A stretch of 64,000 nt of DNA from a virus. Location: positions 96,001 to 160,000 of the IMG/VR virus record IMGVR_UViG_3300032180_000001; one strand, given 5' to 3'. A program made the translations under genes and the position numbers. The notes under the pieces were generated by a model. The model made no database searches. It had not been told where the DNA came from and worked only from the letters and a program-made list of their open reading frames with translations. Each line of letters opens with the position of its first letter. Within the stretch, counting starts at the first letter, position 1. Of this stretch, positions 18,772 through 25,900 are shown piece after piece.

Positions 18772-19268
18772 GACGAACCTGACTCGTCCTGGAAAAACTC
18801 TCTGCGCCTGACGGCAGCAATAACATACAACCCTCGCTCTGTCGGAATAGGGGCCAGTGTTATATCGACAGGAAGTTCCTGACCGCTCTTCGTCAGTAGC
18901 GAAAGAGCGAGGCCCGTGCCCATCGGGCGAATTACCGGGTTAGTCAGGTAAGCTTTCCGATGCGCCGCGTGCCCAGACCTCAGAACACTAGGTACCAGCA
19001 TATCTATCGACTCTCCGCGCAGTTGTGATCGGTAATAACCAGTCAGCAGCTCCATCTGACGGTTAACCAGGAAAATTTTTCCGGTCTCTCCCTCGACAAT
19101 GGTAATAGCATCCGGAAAATCATCGAATATCTTGATAGTCAGATCAGCGACGAAAACTATGTCAGTGCGAGGAATCTCCGGACGCAGCAGGAGATGCAGT
19201 ACAGGCACAACATACGTTTCAACCGAATTATCCGCCAATTCACTGCCTCCCTGTTCACTATTTGTCAT
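18768..19268 (-). CDS. Stand-alone PAS domain protein
   Basis: IFDDFPDAITIVEGETGKIFLVNRQMELLTGYYRSQLRGESIDMLVP...MG.GL.L..TKSGQELPVDITLAP. Confidence 0.9.
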   Translation of the reverse strand: MTNSEQGGSELADNSVETYVVPVLHLLLRPEIPRTDIVFVADLTIKIFDDFPDAITIVEGETGKIFLVNRQMELLTGYYRSQLRGESIDMLVPSVLRSGHAAHRKAYLTNPVIRPMGTGLALSLLTKSGQELPVDITLAPIPTERGLYVIAAVRRREFFQDESGSS

Positions 19269-19720
19269 GGCGAACCTGGCTTACCTGACGGACCATTTCG
19301 AGGCTCCCTGCGCCGAAGCGTAGCGATGACGAACAGGCCGTGCATTGTTGAAACGGGAGCGAGCATGATGTCCACCGGAACCTCCCGCCCGCTCTTCGTC
19401 TGAATCGAAAGATTGAGGTTGGCGCCCATCTGCCGGACCTTAGGATCAACCATGTACCCGGTTCGGTGCTCGAGATGCCGCGGACGGCGCTCTTGCGGCA
19501 CGAGCATGTCCACCGTCTGGTTGCGCAACTCGCTACGGTGATAGCCGGTCAGGAACTCAGCCTGGTCATTGACGAGCCGGATCCGGCCGGTTTCCCCGTG
19601 CACGATGATGATCGCATCCGGTGACTGCTGGAAAATCTGAACAGCCAGGTCGGCGGTGAAGCGGATATCTTCGGCGATCTGACCGATTCCGCGCTCGTCC
19701 TGGTAACTCTCTGTGCTCAC
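19265..19720 (-). CDS. Stand-alone PAS domain protein (paralog)
   Basis: IFQQSPDAIIIVHGETGRIRLVNDQAEFLTGYHRSELRNQTVDMLVP...TKSGREVPVDIMLAP. Confidence 0.9.
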   Translation of the reverse strand: MSTESYQDERGIGQIAEDIRFTADLAVQIFQQSPDAIIIVHGETGRIRLVNDQAEFLTGYHRSELRNQTVDMLVPQERRPRHLEHRTGYMVDPKVRQMGANLNLSIQTKSGREVPVDIMLAPVSTMHGLFVIATLRRREPRNGPSGKPGSP

Positions 19721-20395
19721 TTAAGTCTCGCCTTCTAGTACCCGGAGAATAATAACTGCTGCGATCCGGTTCCCCGTCGGTGCCTCCCGACTGTCCAGAA
19801 TCTCCCGGAGCATATCGGCTAGCGCCGCTTTCTCATTCGACGTAATGATCTGCGCCTGGTACCTTTCTAGCAAATTGTCCAGCTCCGGCGTATGCGGGCT
19901 GTGCAGAATGCGCGCGGCGTCATAGGCGACGTTCTTCCAGAACACGTCGATCTTGGTTTCCAGCACGCCAGTCCGGTCAGCAACCGTGCTCAGCCGGTCA
20001 GTAACTGACTGAAGCGAGGGCACGACCCGCCGGTTGATCTCGTCGACCTTGCCTTCCAGCGCTCCGGTTCGGTCAGAAACGAGATTGAGCTTGTCTGTTG
20101 CCGCAAGGAGTGCCGGAGCGACCCGGCTATTAATGTCGGCGATGTCCCGCTCGTTCTTCTCGATTTTGCTGATAAAGCCCTCTACCGAACTAGCCACTAC
20201 ATCCTTTGCGATGCCCTGTATCTGGGCAACACGATCCTTAGAGCTATCCCTTCTCCGAGAGTACAGAAAAGAGATAACAGCGACAAGAACAGCAGCTATC
20301 GCAGAAAGTATCGTGAGGATCTCGTAAAAAGCTACACCGCCGGACGAAGAAGATGCTGCCGCATCAGCCACCGTCAGTATCAGACCGCCTGCCAC
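19721..20395 (-). CDS. TM plus coiled-coil protein ending in LDxLLE..AAxIxLR domain (copy 1)
   Basis: One TM helix, heptad repeats, then HSPHTPELDNLLERY...NRIAAVIILRVLE. The start at GTG 20395 follows an RBS and the leader hairpin. Confidence 0.7.
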   Translation of the reverse strand: MAGGLILTVADAAASSSSGGVAFYEILTILSAIAAVLVAVISFLYSRRRDSSKDRVAQIQGIAKDVVASSVEGFISKIEKNERDIADINSRVAPALLAATDKLNLVSDRTGALEGKVDEINRRVVPSLQSVTDRLSTVADRTGVLETKIDVFWKNVAYDAARILHSPHTPELDNLLERYQAQIITSNEKAALADMLREILDSREAPTGNRIAAVIILRVLEGET

Positions 20396-20420
20396 GCCCA
20401 GATTCCCTTCGCTCGCAAGG

Positions 20421-20444
20421 GACCGGCTCCAGCAGGCCGCGGTC
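20421..20444 (-). promoter_or_regulatory. Conserved late-leader hairpin copy
   Basis: GACCG-CGG-CC-ugcu-GG-AGC-CGGUC downstream of TACGCT. Confidence 0.7.
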
Positions 20445-20631
20445 ATATACGCTTAGCGTAGCGTACCTGTCTAGTACAGTCTAAGCCTCGCTCGCGGGGG
20501 ATGATCCTTCCGGCGGAACGGTGAAATCGCGGTCACGTACCCAGCCCTGCCGTTCGAGGAGGACGGCCATCTCCTCGCTTACCACCGGCTTCGCGTGCAC
20601 CGGCCCGTCCCGGAAGTCCATGCCTGGCAGT

Positions 20632-21712
20632 TTACAGGTCGTCTAGCGCCCGCAGCAGCTTCCTGGCGTTCGCTTCGAAAGTTCTGTCGGCAACAGCTTC
20701 CCGCGCCTGCTCCGCTATCTTGCCCCGTTCTGCCTCGTGCGTGATATACCAGTGCAGGATTTCGCTGGCATCTTCCGGGTCGGTGAACCGCGGCAGCATG
20801 TGCAGCACTTCGTCTCCTTCCGGGCGCGCGTCCCGAAGGAAGGGCAATCCGATGGCCGCCATCTCTACCTCGCGCGGCCCCATGGCCCAGCCCTGGCCAG
20901 CGTAGGCGTCTTCGGACTCACGCCGGTACAGATTGATCCCCATCTTTGCGTGCCGGTACAGCTCCGCCGTTTCCGTGTTGTCCACACAGGTATCGCGACC
21001 GTGCCCGATATACTTCCGCAGCCTGCTGTCCGGTGCCAGCTCCTCGTCCCAGTAATTGCCGCCAAGCAGCACGTCGAGGTTCCCCAGATCGAGGCGCTCG
21101 AAAAACTCGGCACGGCTCTTGAAGCAGGTTCCGATGAAGGTCAGATCGGCAGCCAGCTCCGGGTTCACCGGCCCGCGCCGAGGGTAGTGCACGTCCGGGC
21201 GGTACGCGTGCGGCATGTACAGCGCCGGGCCAAGTTCCCGGTACGCAGCGATATTAACTGGATCGTTGAGGAGGTTCAGGTCAGCATGCTGAGCCCGGTC
21301 CAGTTGCTCTCCGTCCTGATAAGTAAGGCGATTCTGTATGAAGGATCACTTGCTTCATTTTCCGTAGCTTGAAAAGCTGGAACATGCCCCCGGTAATAAA
21401 GAACCCGGACACGTACAGAATAACGTCAGGCCAGAAAGTCATCGCCGCGTGGGTCAGCCCCTGCATCGACATGACGATGGCGTCCTTTTGACTCTTCACG
21501 GCCTGCTCGACGACAGGAAGCCCCTGTTCGTCCGTCACAATGTTGCCATGCTCATCTGTTTTCGGAAGAAGAGCCTTGGAATAAAACACGAGCCGATCGT
21601 TCAGGTTATACATAAGGACCTCATTGCCCAGCTCGCGCAATGCATCAGCCCATCCGTAGTAAACATCAGCAACCGAGAAGTCCGGGCCGGGGTGACATAT
21701 CAGAATACGCAC
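20632..21712 (-). CDS. CgeB/GT-B-like glycosyltransferase split by a +4 nt discontinuity at a UUA codon (21325-21319)
   Basis: The N-part (MRILICHPGPDFSVADVY...HTESPY) and C-part (QDGEQLDRAQHADLNLLND...DLTFIGTCFKSR...MGPREVEMAAIGLPF) are in different frames, joined at CCT TAC T TAT CAG. Confidence 0.8.
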
Positions 21713-21821
21713 AAAACCACCTCCTCCCGATGACACACTCGAAATTTTATGGTACGATTTATTCGGCTCGGTAGCACCGGTCAGGGGTACTTCCGAGCCT
21801 GATCGCATCGGAGGTGCGACT

Positions 21822-22355
21822 ATGCCTGATCATACACAGGCGGAGCGCTGGCTGCCAGTGCCGGGGTACGAAGGATTCTACGAGATCAGTAATCGCGGTC
21901 AGGTCCGCAGCATCCGCCACATGACGCAGGCCGGATGGCGCGGTGGCAAGCTGCTCTCACCGTTCCTCGATGCCGATGGGTACTTGCGTGTCAACCTCAG
22001 TCGTTATGGTGCTACTCGAAGTGTTACCATCCACACTCTCGTGCTGACAGCATTCGACCGTCCCCCTGCAAGCGGGGAGCAAGGCAGGCACGGACTCGGC
22101 GGGAAAACTGACAACCATCTAGAGAACCTGGAATGGGGAACGCCACAGGAAAACAGTGACGATAAATACAGAGACGGCACGATGGCCTGTGGCGAGAAGC
22201 AGGGAAATTCAAAACTTACCGCTACTGATATAAAATCAATCAGAACTCGTCGTGCTGCCGGGGAGGAAGCAAGTTCACTAGCTCTTAACTTTAAAATAAG
22301 TGAGACACATGTAAACCGAATCGTAAAGCGTGAATCGTGGCGTCACATACCGTAG
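21822..22355 (+). CDS. NUMOD4-HNH endonuclease with C-terminal HTH
   Basis: ERWLPVPGYEGFYEISNRGQVRS...HTLVLTAF...HGLGGKTDNHLENLEWGTPQENSDD. Confidence 0.9.
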   Translation: MPDHTQAERWLPVPGYEGFYEISNRGQVRSIRHMTQAGWRGGKLLSPFLDADGYLRVNLSRYGATRSVTIHTLVLTAFDRPPASGEQGRHGLGGKTDNHLENLEWGTPQENSDDKYRDGTMACGEKQGNSKLTATDIKSIRTRRAAGEEASSLALNFKISETHVNRIVKRESWRHIP

Positions 22356-22365
22356 CTCAGTACAT

Positions 22366-22788
22366 TTAAATCACGCCGCACTGCACACCAATCCTGGCTC
22401 CAAAGAAAGTCACTCCATTAAAAAGCAATCGCCCGTAGCTCTCAATTGCGATAGGCTCAGCGAAATGACAGGCTCCGCCCAAGGTTGGATCAACCATAAT
22501 GGCTTCTGGAATACTACTCGATGTTATATTTTCTCCTATACCGAGAAAACTATCCAGGGCGCGTTGGACAGCCTCGCTAGGCGCTGCATCACTGATCGCA
22601 ATAAGCACCCTTAGATTACAGGTGAACGCCCCGTCCATCGTAGCACCATAGGTAACGTATGGTTGGCCTGGCAAAATCACCGCGACAGGAGGCTGGATCG
22701 AGTCTTTCGCCTCGGCCATAACCCGCAGACCCGTCTTCGCGGCGATCTGATTCGCCAGGGCTGCCCGAACCGCACCAAGATCAGCCAC
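22366..22788 (-). CDS. Tail terminator / tail-completion protein
   Basis: MADLGAVRAALANQI...IQPPVAVILPG...DPTLGG; GTG overlaps the upstream TAG. Confidence 0.65.
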   Translation of the reverse strand: MADLGAVRAALANQIAAKTGLRVMAEAKDSIQPPVAVILPGQPYVTYGATMDGAFTCNLRVLIAISDAAPSEAVQRALDSFLGIGENITSSSIPEAIMVDPTLGGACHFAEPIAIESYGRLLFNGVTFFGARIGVQCGVI

Positions 22789-23246
22789 TAGTTCTCTCCT
22801 CCGCTTGCTTGCTCTCCCGAATGGTGCCGCAGGCGCTCCTCGACGTGCGCGAGATGCCGGGCATGAACGTCCGCAACAAACGCGGCCGTTATCGATCGGG
22901 TACCGGGGTGATCTGGATGATGACGGCGGCACAGGTTATAGGTCATTCCGGTAATGGGATCAGTCAGGGCATGATGTCCTAGCCGCCAGCACCAGCGCTG
23001 ATGACAATTGTGTTTCTTATAGATGGCAATTAGACCACCGATAATTGTCACTTCCGCCAGATCGCTGCCGAAACCCGAGAAAAACCCATAGTAGGGACCT
23101 GGCTCGTTAATGGTACCGGTATGAAACTGAAGCCAGTAGCCCAGGCCGAAATGAGTCACGTTCCACTGCCAGATTCCGTACGCTAGTACGCCTAGCAAGG
23201 CAACCGGAACAAGATACCAGAAAGTTTTCACACAAGTATGTCCCAT
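22788..23246 (-). CDS. Membrane protein with His/Cys-rich C-terminus
   Basis: Two hydrophobic segments; HNCHQRWCWRLGHH...LCRRHHP. Confidence 0.6.
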   Translation of the reverse strand: MGHTCVKTFWYLVPVALLGVLAYGIWQWNVTHFGLGYWLQFHTGTINEPGPYYGFFSGFGSDLAEVTIIGGLIAIYKKHNCHQRWCWRLGHHALTDPITGMTYNLCRRHHPDHPGTRSITAAFVADVHARHLAHVEERLRHHSGEQASGGEN

Positions 23247-23851
23247 TCCAGCGCCCAGGCTTCTTCCCGCTGGCCTGTGAACGGCATTAGCCTGCCCCAG
23301 GACACCATCCCCGCCGGATGTGTCAGGACCGCATGCCCGTCGTGCGGCAGGGAAATACCCATAACCAGGCCGGGTACCGGAGCATCCTCCGCAACCCGGA
23401 AGAAATCTCGCAGTCGCACCCGGCAGCCGCCACTCCTTGCCGCTTCCAGCGCGGCCTCGATCGACGTACCGCTGTCTACGGTCCCGCCGGCTAGGCGGTG
23501 CAAGGCCAGGATCTCATCGTCGGCTAGGACAATGCCGGTCACGGTCGCGAGATGGTAGGCGATCGCCAGGGCAGAGCAGGTTGGATAGACGTCGTTGAAG
23601 CCAGGCACTTTCGACATCACATCGGATGCCATGGCAGCTCGCTTAGCCGCCGTGTTCGCGGTAACCAGCGGGGAGACACTCGCCTTGTACAACGCCGCCT
23701 GGTGCTTCTGCTGCGCGGTCTGCTTCGCCTGTAGTGCGGCAAACTGCTTCTGTCCCGTCGGCAGCAGCGTGCGGGTTACCCACGACCGGGATCTCCGCGG
23801 GGTGTAGACCCGCTGCCACGGCCCGCCGCCCCACCCTTTTCCCCGGGCCAT
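23228..23851 (-). CDS. Basic N-terminus plus papain/C39-like peptidase-like domain; possibly extended upstream by a UUA hop
   Basis: YPTCSALA...DGHAVL...VSWG has Cys/His spacing typical of papain-like folds (inference). Confidence 0.5.
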   Translation of the reverse strand: MARGKGWGGGPWQRVYTPRRSRSWVTRTLLPTGQKQFAALQAKQTAQQKHQAALYKASVSPLVTANTAAKRAAMASDVMSKVPGFNDVYPTCSALAIAYHLATVTGIVLADDEILALHRLAGGTVDSGTSIEAALEAARSGGCRVRLRDFFRVAEDAPVPGLVMGISLPHDGHAVLTHPAGMVSWGRLMPFTGQREEAWALEWDILV

Positions 23852-24001
23852 AACCGGCCCTTACCGCTGGTGCGAGGACCCGCTACCCGGAGCATGACCA
23901 CTGTGCCCGACGGAGTGAGGATCTGCGGGACAATACCCCAGCAGTTGGTCGTCGTCAGCACAGGTCTCGTCCTGTCCACACCAGAGCCTCCTGTTCGAAG
24001 T

Positions 24002-24033
24002 CCCGGCTCCGGCTGTGACAAGCTGGCCGCAGG
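24002..24033 (-). promoter_or_regulatory. Conserved late-leader hairpin copy
   Basis: CCUG-CGG-CC-loop-GG-AGC-CGGG downstream of TACACT. Confidence 0.7.
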
Positions 24034-24041
24034 CTACAGTA

Positions 24042-24854
24042 TCAGTGTAGACGTTCGAGCAGCTCGTCGCGGTAGTTCGTCACCACAAAGTCAAGCAGAG
24101 CCCCTCGGTAGTTCGCCACCACAAAGCTCAGCAGATCATCGACGCGCTGCCCCTTCCAGGACACCCATAGTTCTAGATTGTCAGGCCGATTATCAGTCTT
24201 GATGCCATTCTTGTGATGAACCTCCTCTTCTCGAAGTAGCGGACGCCCTAGCTGTTCCTCCATGACTAGACGGTGTTCGAATCGATCCCTGCCATTAACC
24301 TTAATTTTTCGATAACCATTTTCTGTAACCCAGCCGCGATCATCGTGATAGTAGGCCGGGCCATCCATCGGGCTGCCTGCCTTGCGTCGTCGCTCATGCC
24401 GAGGGCAGAGACCGCTTGCCGAACTTATCTTGGGCTGGTCGCATCCTTCCCAGACGCACTCCGGAACGGGTTCGTCTTTCCGGCGATGCGGTCGGATTGG
24501 CGCGTTCATATCTGAATGCAGAATGTACTTTCGATGATAATGCACCGAGCAGTATCCACGTGAGCTATGCGGACGATCACAGCCAGGGTGACTACACAGC
24601 TTCTTTTCAGCAAACGGTACGTCCATGTTCCGGCCATTACGAACCCGCTGATAGTGTGCCGAACAGTATCCGCCCGCATGATGTGGCCGATCACAACCAG
24701 GATGATTGCAGTTTCGTTGACTGCCCCTGAACGGTATGTTCATGTCCCGACCCGTGAGCTGACGCTGGTAGTGCGCGTTGCACAGACCTGTTTTCTTATA
24801 AGAACGAGGCCGGTCGCAGCCAGGCCACGTGCAGGTAGACTGATCTTGTGTCAT
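24042..24854 (-). CDS. HNH endonuclease with four CxxxGCxRP..GYC..HY repeats; probably leaderless
   Basis: FEHRLVMEEQLGRPLLREEEVHHKNGIKTDNRPDNLELW; TGtTAAAAT 6 nt before the ATG. Confidence 0.9.
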   Translation of the reverse strand: MTQDQSTCTWPGCDRPRSYKKTGLCNAHYQRQLTGRDMNIPFRGSQRNCNHPGCDRPHHAGGYCSAHYQRVRNGRNMDVPFAEKKLCSHPGCDRPHSSRGYCSVHYHRKYILHSDMNAPIRPHRRKDEPVPECVWEGCDQPKISSASGLCPRHERRRKAGSPMDGPAYYHDDRGWVTENGYRKIKVNGRDRFEHRLVMEEQLGRPLLREEEVHHKNGIKTDNRPDNLELWVSWKGQRVDDLLSFVVANYRGALLDFVVTNYRDELLERLH

Positions 24855-24903
24855 ACCCTTATTTTAACACACCGACCAGAATTTCAAAAACCAACAAATT
24901 CGA

Positions 24904-25845
24904 TCACACGCCGACTTTCAGGCGCTGATCGGTATACGGGCGAAGCATTTCGATGATCCACGGATTGGCCTGAATTCTCACGACACCAAGGTCTCCTGCC
25001 CCAGCAATGCCAAAAGGCGCATCCTTGCGCTTAAACCATTCGGTGGCCAGCTCCAGGCAGGCCTGCGATACTGTCGGCGGAACAGATGGCCATCCCCAGG
25101 TGCCGGTAATCTGCACTCGGTCCATGTGCGCGAACGGGTAAATATACGGGAACCACTTACCGTTCTGCAGTACCTGTACCTTCTTGAACGGGCGCTGGAC
25201 TCCGAGAGCGTTCAGGTTGTAGCGATCTTTGCCAAACTTGAGCTGGTAGTCCACGTTCTGCGTCCACGCCTCAGCGAACACGCCATTCCCGGTCTGATCG
25301 ACGTTAAGAGAGGTGATGCTGACCAGAGGGTCAATCGTCAGTTCCCGGATGTCGTAGGGTACGAACGTCCGCGTCTCGGTAATCCGGTAAAAATGGGTGG
25401 CGCAATGCTCATTGATCCACGTACTCGCCGCCTGGATGGCCTGCTGCATGGCGAAATCGTCGGAACCGTCTTCAACGCTGATCCGGTCTCGCAGCTCCTC
25501 CAGTCCGCAGTACCAGTTGCCGAGTTGGGGCGGGAACACGCGCCAGGTGCCTGGTTGAACGTCGGAAACAGCTCCGGTACCGATCCAGATGTAGCTCCAC
25601 AGCCCGTCGATTCCGGTGATGGCCGGGGAACAGGGCACGATAAGCTCATAATGCCCAACCAGTGGCTTGGTGATGTCTGCGGGAGAGGCACCGTTGTACG
25701 TATGAACAACCTGATTTCCTGATGGATCAGTGACAACACAGGAAACAGTTGTCGGATCGGTGTCGACGAGTGGGTCGCCCGCCTGAAACTCGTTGCTGAG
25801 CAGGGCTATCTCGTTCTGGTTGTCATAGTAGATAGTGCTGGTCAT
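24904..25845 (-). CDS. Head-to-tail adaptor (gp6-like) with an extra N-terminal Ig-like domain
   Basis: YCGLEELRDRI...AIQAASTWINEHCATHF...TGTWGWPSVPPTVSQACLELATEWFKRKDAPFG. Confidence 0.8.
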   Translation of the reverse strand: MTSTIYYDNQNEIALLSNEFQAGDPLVDTDPTTVSCVVTDPSGNQVVHTYNGASPADITKPLVGHYELIVPCSPAITGIDGLWSYIWIGTGAVSDVQPGTWRVFPPQLGNWYCGLEELRDRISVEDGSDDFAMQQAIQAASTWINEHCATHFYRITETRTFVPYDIRELTIDPLVSITSLNVDQTGNGVFAEAWTQNVDYQLKFGKDRYNLNALGVQRPFKKVQVLQNGKWFPYIYPFAHMDRVQITGTWGWPSVPPTVSQACLELATEWFKRKDAPFGIAGAGDLGVVRIQANPWIIEMLRPYTDQRLKVGV

Positions 25846-25865
25846 CAGGGCCTCCTGCGCGAGAA

Positions 25866-25890
25866 CCCTGGCTCCATGACGGCCGCAGCG
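25866..25890 (-). promoter_or_regulatory. Conserved late-leader hairpin copy
   Basis: CUG-CGG-CC-gucau-GG-AGC-CAG downstream of TATCAT. Confidence 0.7.
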
Positions 25891-25900
25891 GTACGTACCC

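Noticed and set aside
21281-21808. Glycosyltransferase and portal as ordinary pseudogenes or sequencing errors
   Set aside because: Not fully excluded without reads, but both breaks share the Tyr-TTA-Tyr geometry and the portal is essential, so decay or error is the less parsimonious reading.
24065-24135. 33-bp direct repeat, considered as a CRISPR or att-like repeat
   Set aside because: It is an in-frame duplication of FVVxNY in the HNH C-terminus; two copies only, with no spacers.
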